From the NCBI GenBank assembly GCA_951406725.2, contig OX597826.1, positions 82,150,001 through 82,214,000 of the forward strand: a DNA stretch of 64,000 nucleotides. The letters run 5' to 3'. The notes below the pieces were generated by a model. It saw only the letters and a program-made list of their open reading frames with translations. It was not told where the DNA came from and ran no database searches. This document shows, piece after piece, positions 14,111 through 27,854 of this stretch (positions within the stretch are counted from its first letter, which is position 1; each line of letters begins with the position of its first letter). Origin of the DNA: Octopus vulgaris. Lineage: Eukaryota. A program made the translations under genes and the position numbers.

Positions 14111-14604
14111 CTTGCATAATACTGACCACAGTCTTTCTTTCCATTCTTCTTTCCGAACTTCAATTCTGCTTTGATTTTATATTTTATTATATTTGCATTT
14201 CCTGCCGTTTTATTTTTATCGAAATCATTTTATCAATGTACCAAGATTCTTGTTTCTGACAAATTTTGTTTTTGTTTTGTTTTGCTATATTAAACTAATC
14301 AATCTACGTTTGCTTGCTTCACACTATTTTTCTACACTCATTGTATTTTGTTCTCGTTTATTACTCGTCAATAATTCCCGATTTCTCTCCGACCTTTCAT
14401 ATCTTCCTACCTGTAATAGTGTCCGTGGTGATGGACTCCAGATGCACTGAAAAAATTTGCTGGTTTTCCCGTGAAGGTTTTACAATTGATATACCAACAA
14501 AATTATTTTACTGAAACTTCAATCTAAGATTGAGATCTCCAGGGTATTTAGAATGATAATTTCTTTGTTGCTGCATTCCTCTCAATTTTAATATTAACCT
14601 GATT

Positions 14605-14810
14605 CACGGCAGCAAAAGCTAACGGAGTCATGAGCTTGCCGAGCAAAATGCTTCATGGCATTTCGTCCGCCTTCACGTTCTGAGTTCAAATTCCGCTGGG
14701 GTTGACTTTGCCTTTCATCATTTCGAGATGGATAAAATAAGTAGCAGATTAATACTGAGGTCCCCGATCCACCGAAATTGCTGGCCTTGAACCAAAATTT
14801 GAAACCAGCA
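14605..14810 (+). mobile_element. SINE family B
   Basis: cgttctgagttcaaattccgctggggttgactttgcctttcatc ... gaaattgctggccttgaaccaaaatttgaaacc. Confidence 0.8.
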
Positions 14811-14949
14811 ACAGACTCCTCTGTGGTGTTCATATTTTGAAGATATTTCCTTCTTGCGTTTATATTTTCTCTTTCATTTACTTCTACTTCGCGTTCATAT
14901 TTGTTGATTCTTTTTCCAATTCTGTTTTCGGTGTCTAAATCTAATATTT

Positions 14950-15800
14950 GCAATTTTAATTAATTTCTCTCTTCTTAGAGAAGCGATGGCCCATTTCTAT
15001 AATTCCATACTCAGTTTGATATCGCTACTGAATAAATGCAGAACTTTTAGTAGGGTCTCCTGCTGGCTAGTGTCTCCTCTATATAGTTTTCAGATATCAT
15101 CCATATTGAGTAGATTATTTATAGAATGTTTTACCATTAAGTGGTTTGCTTCAATACGTTCATTAATGGAGTCGGTTTTGGAGAGAAGAGTTCTGTGAGG
15201 ACAATTTCTTTGAAAGATGTCGCTTCTCTTATGGAGATTGTGTTATATTTTATTGTTTCTGTATGTTGCAGTGTGTTATTAATGTTTAACGTTTTAACAC
15301 GGTGTGATAGATTGATACTGGCTTTATACTGAAACTGTTTGTTTACGACCAGTGTCTCCAGTATCGTCGGGGACCTTTCATTAATCATTTAGTGCCATAT
15401 TTAGATATTATTTTTTTCACTTGTTCTCAAATATTTCTACATCTACCAGTGGCTATGTTTTTCGGCTCACATCTGTCCCATTCGTTTACCTTTTCTACTC
15501 GCTTGGTAAAAAAATATTTCAGTCTTCCACACGAGTAGCTTACCTTTTTGAGAGTATAAATATTAGAAATCGATGTTGTGTTGGTAAACAGGTTATTAGT
15601 CGCTAGCTTTGGCGCCTCTGATGTTTTATTTCTGGGAATTAATATCGTTTTGGCGTCAAGCAATCAGTCAGCGTGGATTCCCTTCAAGTATTCTGTCAGT
15701 GTTAATTCTGATCTCTTTAGAGATTCCTTCAATGTTGTTGCTGTAACTTCATATTATGCAATCTAACAGACACTGGGCCAATTTATCAATTGCCACAACT
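14950..15800 (-). mobile_element. Highly decayed R4/Dong-like reverse transcriptase
   Basis: Minus strand: D*LLDAKTILIPRNKTSEAPK / RLITCLPT; DIFQRNC (QGD region); INNLLNMDDI*KLY...LLKVLHLFSSDIKLSMEL*KWA. Confidence 0.7.
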
Positions 15801-16450
15801 CTCTGCTAGCGCACCTGATAATGGTGGTGAATTTCCTGTTTGTTATGGCCGGCCATCCTTCAGGTGATTTTTTCTTTTCTTTTTCTTTTCTGTATCTCCT
15901 TTTCTGTTGGTTTCACATCTTAAACAATATTATACTTTTGTTCCAAATGCTCCAACTCTGTGATCGGATTTCTATTGTTATACATGTATTGTCCAACGTG
16001 GAAAAATTATTCTTGATGTCTCGGTAGAATCGTTAAAGAAATTATTGTAAATACGTGATTTTGGTGGAAGAAGAAAATACTCGTTTTGCAAAGAGTTTGT
16101 ACGACGTGACATTATCAAGAAGAGAATGTTTGAATTATTATTTCAAAATCTTCCCATTTCTTGATGTTGTATTTAATTATTTTATTTCTGTTTTGGCTTC
16201 AGTCAGTAAACTGCTGTCATACTGGAGCACTGCCATACTGGAGCAGTTAAAGGGTTTAAGGATGTTCTTAGAACATATAAACCCTTGTATTTATTTTAGC
16301 ATGCTAATTATTTCATGGTCCATTCTTTATCAAATTTCTAAGTTATATTTCTTGACATAAAAAAATGCAACTGATTTATAAGTATGTGTGCAGACTCACC
16401 CTCTCACGCACGCACGCACGCACGTACACTCACACACACACACATGTATT

Positions 16451-16781
16451 GAAGGCGCATGGCTCAGTGGTTAGAGCCATGAGATACTGAGTTCGATTCC
16501 TGGACAGGGCTGTGCGTTGTGTTCTTGAGCAAATCACTTTATTTCGCATTGCTCCAGTTCATTCAGCTGTAAAAAAAAAAATGAGTTGCGGGGTCGATGG
16601 TGCCAAGCTGTATCAGCCTTTGCCTTTGCCTTGGATAACATTGGTGGCATGGAGACGAGAGGCTGCTATTCACGGGCGACTGCTGGTCCTCCATAAACAA
16701 CATTGCACAGAAATGTGCCTTGGAGGGAAACTTTCTAGGTATAATCTTATGGTCATTCATGACCGAAGGAGATCTTTACCC

Positions 16782-16785
<4 letters not shown>
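16451..16785 (+). mobile_element. tRNA-derived SINE family C
   Basis: A box tggctcagtgg (16460-16470), B box gttcgattcc (16491-16500), gtgttcttgagcaa..cacttta core, 3' hairpin ggtca-ttca-tgacc and ctttaccctttta tail before (CA)n. Confidence 0.8.
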
Positions 16786-16856
<71 letters not shown>

Positions 16857-17404
16857 TATATATTAGCGTCACATTACCTAAGATGGAGTGAATGTCATTA
16901 AATATTATTGCCCGTTAGTTTTAATTTATTCTCATCCAGATTTCTCCATCCACAGCTCAACCGCGGACATATATGAAATGTTAAATTTTCCAGATGTTCC
17001 CATATTGCATTATGAACTCGAAAATTATAGTAAGGGGCATAACTCTTTACATATATTATTGGGACAAGGTCATCATGCTCGCAACATGCACTGACCATTT
17101 CGCTACCACCTTGCCCGAAATTCCAGACTGTATCTAATCGAATTATGCTTCTGAATTTCTTCATGGCATTCTTTTAGCAGCGCCAGCATTTCGCCGCTCA
17201 TACAACTGGAAATTCTGCTTTGCTTCCAACTGAAGTGGACATTTGCCAATATAACAGCGAAAGAAAAACCGTCACCCGTACGTAGAGCTCTGAGAGAAGG
17301 ACATCCTAACTCCTAACTAAGCTAATTATGCAACCAATTACCGCCAATAATTAACTCACAACATAATCTAGCAATGCAATCATTGTCACTGGGAAAATTT
17401 CATA

Positions 17405-17438
<34 letters not shown>

Positions 17439-18599
17439 GCGCACGCACAGACATACATATATATGCATACAAACACACGTACACATTATTTACGTGCTTA
17501 CTTACATACTATGAGGACAATGTCCACTTGTGACCGAGGAAGACCATTCCTGACCATTGCCCACGCAAAATTCCAGCCATGCTTCTCGTTATTGCACCAG
17601 CAATCGATTCCATTGAAGTTCGCGTCGGCGGCTTCCATACTCAATGCGACACCTTCCTACTCGAACGGGCATCGGATAGTCGCATCGCTGGAGATTGCAA
17701 AACCTAGAATTTTCCACCCCTCTGATGAAGAATGTGGGGGCGTTATGATCTCAAGCCGAAGCAAAAGCTCCCCAAAAATGGTCAATGTCATATTTGGTTT
17801 TATATGAGTGACCTTCTCCAAGAGACATGATTCAACATACATACATACATAATACATACATACATACATACATACATACATACATACATACATACATACA
17901 TACATGCATGCATGCATGCATGCATACACTTAAGTACATATTTACACACCTATATATGATACCGATGAGGTTTTATCAACGGCTTTGCTTCTGAGGTAAT
18001 GATTTCTTATATTATTTAGTAGTATTGGACAGAATTTCTATGAGATTTATTCCTCACTAACGTTAGCCTGGTACGATTGTGAAGTAGATTTTGCTGCTAT
18101 TTTTAGCGAGTTGGCGACGTGGGCAGTGGCGAGTAGGCGACTGCCCACGTTGGACTTTTTTTTTCTTCTTTTGTAGCTTTGTGATAATTCTGTTTATCTG
18201 TATTGAACAATTTTGATATGAACACTTTCATTTTAGAATAGTCGCTGGTTTGCTTTTCATCCGTCATTGGTCGATAAAATATAACACAAGGTCGATTTAT
18301 TCGACTAATATTTGTGTTTCTTTGTGTTTCATAAGTAACACTAAGTTGCAGACTATGGCTGAGGCTCCTCACTACGAACACATCTTCTTCGTGTTGTATC
18401 TGCCGTAACGATGGATGGTAGCGTAATCCTCAACCACCAAAGTTGTCCGCAGAGTAGCATCGATTTCTGATGTTAGATTTGGCAGACATTGTGACAATTC
18501 AACAGATGTCGAGCTTCGATTCTCCTCCTGCTAGATTTCCGTTCCTGATGGCTTTCCTCAATTCTGCTAAACGTTATATTGTTTCTGCTTACGGACGAT

Positions 18600-19260
18600 G
18601 TCGAGTATATTTTTGCCAGTCGAAATATTTCCAAATGATTGTTGCCATCACTTATTTTGCGCTTCTCATTATGGGCATTCGTTTTTTTCTTCCTTGTTTT
18701 TCCCTTCCCTCCCACCTCTATTTTGGGGTTTATTTCTATTCTTTTGTCATTATTTGCCCTCTTTGTGTCTGATCGCTTTTGTTGTGTAATATTAATTATT
18801 TTCGAGCGTTCATCCGTTATTCGTTTTATTCATTTCGACTCTGATATATTTTTTCTCTTATAAGGGATTACGTATTCTCTCTTGTGCTTCGTTCGATATT
18901 CCATTGTATTACATTCATTGGTTTATGAGAGCTTATCTTTTTATGCGTGTGGTTGGCACCTTTGTTTTTTTTTCCTCAATAGGTATGTGTTTTTAATAAC
19001 TTTTTTTCTGTTTCTAAGCTCTTTTTATTATTCCTTACAAATTCGCAAACATTCGTTACAGTGCTTGGTCGGTGTCTTTGCTCTATCTTTTTCTTCCTTG
19101 CATCTTGTATACGGTTTTATGATGCTTGTATTTCTTAGGTATAGAAACGAGTCTATGGTATACGTGGTAACTGTTCTGGGACGTGTAATGTTCTCCGTCG
19201 AAGTCGTTGAGGTTTTGCGTGATTTTCATAGAAATTAAAAGCAGACACAGTGTGTCGTTT
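18600..19260 (-). mobile_element. Possible very decayed I/Nimb-type LINE (ORF1 end to APE start)
   Basis: Minus strand KKYKHHKTV (gag-knuckle-like), MNVIQWNIE (APE start) and NAHN (DFNAH motif) in the right order; heavily mutated. Confidence 0.35.
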
Positions 19261-20351
19261 TGTTGGGAGTGGGGCTTCTGGGAGGAAACCATATTCTCTG
19301 CTGTTGTTGCACATACGACAATGCCTAAACGCATTAAACTCACGCCGCATCGTTCTTTATAAACATTAGTTCAACATTGCTTTCATAGAAGTTTCTATGT
19401 TCAGATAGAAACATCGCAAGATTTGTAAACAAAAAAGCAGATCACTTGACTGAATCGGGGGAGATATTTGCTTGTCAAGCAAGGAAGCAGTCACAAGTTA
19501 TAGATGCGGGATTGAAAACCAGAACTGAAATCATTGAAATCTCACTTAAACGTTCCTTTAAAATCATTCGGGTGGTGTTCAGAAGGAAATCATAAAGAAT
19601 GTCCTTGGGGACAAAAGAAGGTGAACCGTGAAACAGCACCAGCAAAACTCGTGATAAAGTTTCCTTTGCAACGGCTGCGGCCCGACTTCTGGCCCGTATT
19701 GGTCTTAACAGTCACAGCAAAGCCGCGGTAGACGTGAACATCTCTCTTTCTGAACCTCAGTTTGTAAAACCTAACTTTGACAATGGTACTACTGCTGTTG
19801 TTTCTTCTTCTTCTTCTTCTTCTTATGATAGTGATGATGATGGTAGCGATGGCAACGGCTTGTACAAGTCTCTCCGTTAACTTCGTCAGCATAATTTCTT
19901 CGAAGCTAACCCGGAAGTCTATAGACAAGTAAGTCTTTTTAAATGAGAAATTGATATATAACTTATTGTTAGAATCCTCTAAAACGATGGAAGAGTCACT
20001 GTTGGAACGCCCTTGATTATAAACCTTCTCGATTAAGGTTGGCTTGGTGTCAACAGCAATAACAAGATCAACATCAATAAACTCACTGAAGTTGATTCCA
20101 AACATAATTGTAATTACAGCAATCACAACTCTTTCTTCCTGCCAACACCCCAACGACAAATACGTTCACCAGCGGTACTAACACCTATACCACAACCTCG
20201 ACAACCTCAGACAGTCGATGTCTTCATCGTTTATACCACACATACCATTTTTCAATGCTTGACTCATCCATTGCACAGTCCATACCAAAGCCCCCCCCCC
20301 CATCACCATGCTACCGAAACAACCACTACTACCACCACCACTGCCATCAAT

Positions 20352-20577
20352 ACTACCCACAAGGGGTTAAACACAGAGAGGACAAACAAGGACAGACAAA
20401 CGTATTAAGTCGATTACATCGACCCCAGTACATAACTGGTACTTGTTTAATCAATCGCGAAAGGATGAAAGGAAAAGTCGACCTCGATGGAACTTGAACT
20501 CAGAACGTAGTGGCAGACGAAATACTGCTAAGCATTTCGCCCGGCGTGCTAACGGTTCTGCCAGCTCGCTGCCGCCT
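20352..20577 (-). mobile_element. SINE family B
   Basis: Full head (ctgccagctcgctgcc), core and tccttgtttgtcc-type tail. Confidence 0.85.
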
Positions 20578-21095
20578 TTACCACCGCTACTCCAACCACT
20601 GCCACCACTATCCCCCATTCCCTATTATTATAATACAACTGCCACTGCCACAATCACACCGAACGCCCCAAATCACCACCACTGCGACACCATAATCACA
20701 TTCACAGCACACGACATCTCCACCAGACAACGCCGCTATCAGCTGATGGCATACGGCGTTTCCTTGTGGCGGCCTGCGCTCACGTATACGCACAGGGCAG
20801 CTACTTCTACACTTAGACTCACTTCTCAGGAAATTTGCCGCACATGCTCACTTGCACACACATACACACATACACACACACATCTACGCACACATGTACT
20901 GTATACACATATTTATACACATATGAGAAAGGCCTGCAGCAACCATACACCTCGCGTGCACTCACACATTCATATACACACACAAACACTTATATAAGAA
21001 CATACGCGATAACTCACTCAGCCGCATGCATACAAAGGTACTTGCTTAACAACACAATGAGTAACTGTCACAACACAGAAACACGGGTTACTTCT

Positions 21096-21130
<35 letters not shown>

Positions 21131-21782
21131 ACAATATGAATAGATTCAAACGCTCGCTTCTACAAGCGTGCGTTGCACACAACTGCTGCATACAAATATG
21201 CACACTTGCAACACATTACACTCACAGTGTTCGTCAGTTGCACACCCACAAATCGAACACGCAAACGTTTGTAAACCTACACAAATACTACAGAGTATCA
21301 CACATTTGCACACGCACAGAGAAAGACACGCACAGAGAAAGACACACACACATACACACACACTTATCGACTTGCATACGGACGAACACGCATGCGTAAG
21401 ACTATAAGAACTTATAGTGATATTCACGTCTATACGTACAGACACTTGACTCTCAGCACACACGCACGCATACACCTGCCCTACACTTGGACACATCCGC
21501 AAATACACTTATGTGCTTATATAGTTATACACCCAGACATTAAGAATAAAATAAAAAACAAAAAAAAAACTACAATGTTATTTTCAAACTCTGATAAATT
21601 CCGGTACAAAATTTTCCAATATTTTATTAAATAAAAAATAATTTAAAAAATAATTAACGTATATAAATAAAAATTCACTTTTGTTTGTGATGGAAAATTA
21701 CTCTAACTCCCTCTCTTTCTCTCTCTACTTTAAATATATATATATACAACTATATATATATATAATTATATATTATATGTGT

Positions 21783-21830
<48 letters not shown>

Positions 21831-21831
21831 G

Positions 21832-21879
<48 letters not shown>

Positions 21880-22185
21880 AAGTATATATAAGTATGTACT
21901 ATATATATATATACATATATATAAAAACATATCGTATTATATTTGCCAATAGTATTACGTAGAATGCAATATCATGAAAAAGTAAAGAACACTTGATACG
22001 TGTTTCGAAGTAAATATATTTATTGTAATAGTTATACTTTCTGATATTCTGTACATGAAAGTCTCATGCCGTTAATGCGATCATCAGACAGAATGTAACC
22101 AAAAATATATTTGAATGTGTGTGTATGTGTGAGTGTGCGTTTATACACACATACATGCACACAAATACACCCATCCAAGCACACG

Positions 22186-22242
<57 letters not shown>

Positions 22243-22649
22243 ATAGTGAGTGAGCTAAGGGAAATAACTCAAATCGTCCAGTGACATGATTTTGAGTGAT
22301 ATTGACAAATGCAGGCATATGTAATACCATAAAACATAAATCCTTGATTTATCCCTCATCTCCGCCTCTGCTGGCTGTGCCACAGTTACCGAATAGTAAT
22401 CAAGACCGGTTCCATATGAGAAACGGAGATACTCTCATGTGTGAAAGCTTCTCCAAAATTGAGATGTCATTAAGAAAAAGGAGAAGCTTATCTAGAGATA
22501 AGAGCACATTTGTGCGAACATGTTTCTGCCATAATAGACGTCATCTGCATGACAATTACCCAACTTTATCATAAGTAGTCAAGGGATAGAGCAGAGAGCA
22601 TTTATGGCCAAGGTAAGTTGCATAGTTGAAAGAAAGACAAGAAGTAACA

Positions 22650-22682
<33 letters not shown>

Positions 22683-22927
22683 CGTACAAGTCTTAATTCC
22701 TTGGCCACTGGAAATAAGAACGGATAACAGCCGTGCTGATGGTGCCAATTGAGATACGGAAACGTCTGTTCACTGCCGTCTTCCTTTCTCCAAAAATGAA
22801 CCTCTCCTTTTCTGTAATAGCTTGACCGTCTTGGAGAATTCCTGATTCTTGAGATTATTTCCGTGTCTCTTATGAAGCTGCTCTTAACTATCATTTGGTA
22901 AGCATGCAGATAATTTTAATAAATCAG

Positions 22928-22968
<41 letters not shown>

Positions 22969-23682
22969 CGTGTTTGTATGTATATGTATATAAGTATGTA
23001 TGTTTATATGTGCGTATGAGTGTATGCATGCGTATTTGCACTGTGACCCTTCAGTTATTCACATAAGAGTCCAAGGCACTGTAGACATTTTTGATCATAC
23101 TCTTAACTCGACTCGACAATATTGCTGCTGCCATCGTTTCACTGCTGTTACAAGAATTACAACAGAATCCTAATTATTAAGGAACACAATGAACATGAAA
23201 GTCCCATTAAAAATATGTTAGCAACACGATTGACACTGGTGTCAGCCGGTTTGCTAGTTGATCGAGCAGCCAGGAACAGATAACCTCAACATAAAAAGTA
23301 ACGAATATAATTACGGATTAGTGATGCTGTCGCCGTTTAATCTACGACAGTAATACGAATACTTATTTATTAAAATTAATCGAGTTTATTATCAGTTAGT
23401 AAGACTGTGAAGAGAACTTTGGAATTCGAAAGCGAATCTGTCGTGGCCGAAAGACAAATGTTGCACAACAACGACACAACAATTTATTGACTGAACGATC
23501 GCAGATTGTATAAACATGATTTCTATGTAATTAAGTTTAGCATGGCTTCTCCTTTGTTTACGATCAGATCAGTTCGCGGAGGAAGAAAATACTTCCTGGT
23601 CGCCTCATTAGGATAATCAAGATGTAACTTCAAATTTCACGCACATTCTCCCTCTCTCTTTCTCTCTCTCCCTCTTACACAC

Positions 23683-23713
<31 letters not shown>

Positions 23714-24517
23714 CACACACACACACACACACGTGTGTGTGTGTGTAGGTGTCTGCGACGTTAATGTAGGTTTCGGGTGGTTGTTATGGCAGATGACATT
23801 TGCGTCGCTGTTCATCATTTCCAAATGTTCTCCTTTCGCCTCTGATAATTCTGGTGCTTTCCTTTGGCCACCAGTGAACTAGCTGTACCAGTGTTACCTG
23901 ACGACCATCTGAGTCCCTAAGACCGACGCAAATATTCTTTCTCTTGAAAAGCATCAAGTTGACGGTTATAGGAAAAGCATATGCCTGGAAAGAAATCTGG
24001 AGAGCTGGTGTTCGAGGAAATTGAAGAATAGTTGTAGCAGAGGCAATTCATATCACAGTTATTATTGCCAGGTTATAGCGGATAAACAACTTACTGAGAG
24101 AAGAATGAACTGTGGTGGAAACGAAGGCAGATAGAGATTACCCTGTAAATTTGCGGGAGGATTGGCGTGAATGGCAAGTGGCCGGATGCTTTTCTTGGTT
24201 TTATTTAATTATTTTTAGGCCAGTAAAATATAAAATCAGTGCAGAAAGAAAATTGATGAGGGCGAAGGATGGCGCTGTTGATCACCAAAGCATGGCATAC
24301 TTACCGTACCTGATCAATATGCCAAGCGATACAAAATTATAGGTGGATATTAAGGGCAGAAGGTCGAACTCTCACTTATTTGGGGACACAAAATCATCTC
24401 GAGGATTTCTATCCACAGCAAAGAAGAGACGGAATGCGATCTCTTCCGCTGAGACATATCAACACAACAGCAAAAAACTACAACAAAAACAACAGCAGCA
24501 CCACGAGCAGTAACTAC

Positions 24518-24867
24518 AAGAAGATCCAGACCTTCATCAACAAATGTCTCCGGCAGATCCTCCATCTGAAGTGGTTTGACAGAGTGCCAAACACCAACCT
24601 GTGGGAAAGGGCCAACCAGGAGCCCATACATGTTCAGATTAGACGAAGGAAATGGAGATGGACCGGACACACACTGCGGAAAGAACACTCAAATGTGACA
24701 CGACAAGCACTTGACTGGAACCCGCAGGGGAAAAGAAAGCGAGGACGCCCGAAGCAGACATGGAAGCGGTGCATTTTGGAAGAGCTGAGGACCACCGGCC
24801 TGACATGGGAAGCAGCCAAGAAACACGCCAATGACCGCAAAAAGTGGAAATCAACTGTTGAGGCTCT
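24518..24867 (+). mobile_element. RTE-clade LINE, 3' ORF fragment
   Basis: KIQTFINKCLRQIL...IRRRKWRWTGHTLRK...RQALDWNPQGKRKRGRPKQTW...AKKHANDRKKWKSTVEAL is the typical RTE C-terminus; open frame without stops. Confidence 0.9.
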
Positions 24868-24885
24868 ATCTCTTTCTTTCTCTTT

Positions 24886-25280
24886 CTCTTTTACTTGTTT
24901 CAGTCATTTGACTGCGGCCATGCTGGAGCACCGCCTTTAATCGAGCAACTCGACCCCGGGACTTATTCTTTTGTAAGCCCAGTACTTATTCTATCGGTCT
25001 CTTTTGCCGAACCGCTAAGTGACGGGGACGTAAACACACCAGCATTGGTTGTCAAGCAATGCTAGGGGGACAAACACGGACACACAAACACACACATACA
25101 TATATATACATATATACGACAGGCTTCTTTCAGTTTCCGTCTACCAAATCCACTCACAAGGCTTTGGTCGGCCCGAGGCTATAGTAGAAGACACTTGCCC
25201 AAGGTGCCACGCAGTGGGACTGAACCCGGAACCATGTGGTTGGTAAACAAGCTACTTACCACACAGCCACTCCTGCGCCT
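24886..25280 (-). mobile_element. SINE family A, full-length young copy
   Basis: Reverse complement matches 37570-37958 along its whole length; abuts and truncates the RTE fragment upstream. Confidence 0.9.
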
Positions 25281-25524
25281 ATGCTCTACAAGGGACAAAA
25301 AGAAATGTTTGCGTAATGAGATAAAAACCAAGGCTGTGTAGATTTTAGAACATTTATAGATAGAAGGTCTTACAGCTGTTTCCAGGATATTTATTAATTA
25401 TAATCCTTCACTGGAGACGGTGTGAGAGGATGGTTAAGTAATAGTTAGTTTAGATAGGATACAAAATAGAGAGTGAGGTGGAGGAAAGAAAATAGATGTA
25501 AGATAGGGATATTGAAGTTGTAGA

Positions 25525-25660
25525 TCCCTCGGGGTCGACTTTCCCCTTTATCTCTTTATGGTCGATAAAATAAGTACCAGGTGAGCATTGAGGCCGATGT
25601 AATCAACTTGGCACCCCCCCCCCGGAACTGCTGGCCTTGTGCTAAACTTTGAAATCAATA
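25525..25660 (+). mobile_element. SINE family B, 3' part
   Basis: gtcgact ... gtcgataaaataagtaccag ... gctggccttgtgctaaactttgaaa. Confidence 0.7.
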
Positions 25661-26296
25661 TTAACGAAATTTTACCAGCTTTACCACGCCCTCCAGTACC
25701 AAAACCAGCATAATTACCATTAGCTCGACTGCTTCTGCTGCTGCCGCCGCTGCTGCTACTACCTAATATTGCTGTAGGGTTGGATTATTTTGGATGAAGT
25801 GATTGTGATAAGAATCTCACACACACACAACGCGCAACACTCGCCGGGCAGAGAAACGCACAGAAACGTCCGCACATACACATTCGCATTGACACATAAA
25901 CACACACACACATGCACGCACTCACTCTGTCTGTCTGTCTGTCTTTCATACACACACACACACACACACACAGAAACTATCATAAAAAACCCATTAACAA
26001 AGACACAGGCACGAAATGTTCACGCAAACACACACACACACACACGTATATACACTTAAACGCACACATAGAGCACACAAACACACACATACAAACAAAC
26101 AGTGACAGTTACAAGCACATACACTGCGTAATCAAATCTACACACACAAACACACACACACACACACAAACACTGATACATTATCCCACACGCACTCGCT
26201 GACACCCACGTATACCCAGCCTCACATACGCCCACCCCTCACAAATAGACACATGCAAAGACACTCCCAGACACTGACTCCCATTCAACTATACAT

Positions 26297-26341
<45 letters not shown>

Positions 26342-26451
26342 GAGCCGCGATGACAATGAAACAATGCCGACGGCAAACAACGAAATCAGCGATCAAAGCA
26401 GTTATCACTTTCACACATTTTCTCTGATTTTGTTGCTGTTGTCATCCTTGT

Positions 26452-26452
<1 letters not shown>

Positions 26453-26482
<30 letters not shown>

Positions 26483-26571
26483 GACAATGATGATGATGGT
26501 GATGATGATGATGGTAATGATGATGATGATGATGATGATGGTGATGATGATGGTGATGATGATGATGACGA

Positions 26572-26602
<31 letters not shown>

Positions 26603-26648
26603 GATGATGATGATGACAATGATGATGATGGTGATGATGATGATGGTA

Positions 26649-26713
<65 letters not shown>

Positions 26714-26739
26714 GATGATGATGACAATGATGATGATGG

Positions 26740-26771
<32 letters not shown>

Positions 26772-26783
26772 GTGATGATGATA
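26453..26783. repeat. (ATG)n microsatellite with GTG/ACA/GTA variant units
   Basis: Direct reading; source of the poly-Met, poly-Ile and poly-Ser ORFs. Confidence 0.95.
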
Positions 26784-27290
26784 TGACTGTTGTTTTTGTT
26801 CTTGATGAGATTGCTGTTAGTTGTGGCGTTGATTTCTGGAGCAGCTTTTACGTTTCTTATCATTGCTGTTGGTGATGCTTATAGTAATGTTGTTGCTGCT
26901 GATGATGATGATGAGGAGGAGGAGATTGTTGGTGACGTTACAGTTGCTGCTGTTGTTGCTAGTGTCGTTAAGTCGAAGCCAACCCTGATAATGGCCACCT
27001 CTAAAGACAGTGGAACCCCACACGTGATCAACTGAGAATGTTCATACAATTAAGAGACAAACGTCTTGTGTCGAGGATTTGATGCTCTGAAAACAACAGC
27101 TAAGTGACATGATGACCTCTCCTGTGGCTTTCAATTGATGAGATCGATTGATCGGAAGTTTTGGAGGATTTAGACAAGGCAGACACGGGTGGAGGTTGTA
27201 TTCAACATAAAAACAAAGGAGTAAATTTACGTTGGATGCAATCGGTCTCTTACTGCTGCTGCTGCTATTACTACTACTACTAATAATACT

Positions 27291-27605
27291 TTATTTATTT
27301 ATGCGCCCTTTTCAAGCCTAGCCAGGCTCATGGATTCGGTTTCCCGGTTTCTGTGGCGTATGTGTTCCCCAGCAGGACGGGACGCCAGTCCATCGCAGTG
27401 TTACTCAAGAAACAGGAAGAGAAAGTGAGAGAAAGTTGGGGTGAAAGAGTACAAGAGGGGTCGCCACCCCGCCCCTATCGGAGCACCGTGGAGCTTTTAG
27501 GTGTTTTCGCTCAATAAACACTCACAACGCCCGGTCTGAGAATCGAAACAGCGATCCTCCGACCGCGAGTCTGCTGTCCTAACCACTGGGCCTTTGCGCC
27601 TCCAC
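27291..27605 (-). mobile_element. tRNA-derived SINE family D
   Basis: Minus strand: ggaggcgcaaaggcccagtggttagg ... tttcgattctc head; gcgatggactggcgtcccgtcc and cagaaaccggg segments resembling central domains of other metazoan SINEs (from memory); (TAAA)n tail. A decayed related head lies at ~60320-60385. Confidence 0.75.
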
Positions 27606-27644
27606 AATAATAATGATAATAATAATAATAATAATAATAATCTT

Positions 27645-27850
27645 TTCCGCTATGGACACAAGGTCTGCAATTTTAGGGGATGCAGATAGCTGGTTACATC
27701 CACGTCAATAGGCAACTGGTACTTATTTTATCGAACCCGCCCTCAAGGATGAAAAGTGACGTCGACTTTGGCGGAATTTGAACTCACAACATAGGGCGGA
27801 CTAAATTCCTGTAACCATTTTGTCCGGAACGCTAACGATTTTCTCATCTG
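27645..27850 (-). mobile_element. SINE family B, diverged
   Basis: ctggtacttattttatcga ... ggatgaaaagtgacgtcgactttggcggaatttgaactc. Confidence 0.75.
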
Positions 27851-27854
27851 CTAA

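Noticed and set aside
16451-16510. tRNA-like sequence with A and B boxes
   Set aside because: No cloverleaf or anticodon arm; it is a SINE head, as are the other tRNA-like segments.
16960-17200. Possible gypsy integrase zinc-finger remnant (LLKECHE...EMVSAC) on the minus strand
   Set aside because: Similarity too weak to support by eye.
19590-20159. 189-aa minus-strand ORF
   Set aside because: Non-ATG start, crosses AAG/ATC repeats, no recognisable motif or splice structure.
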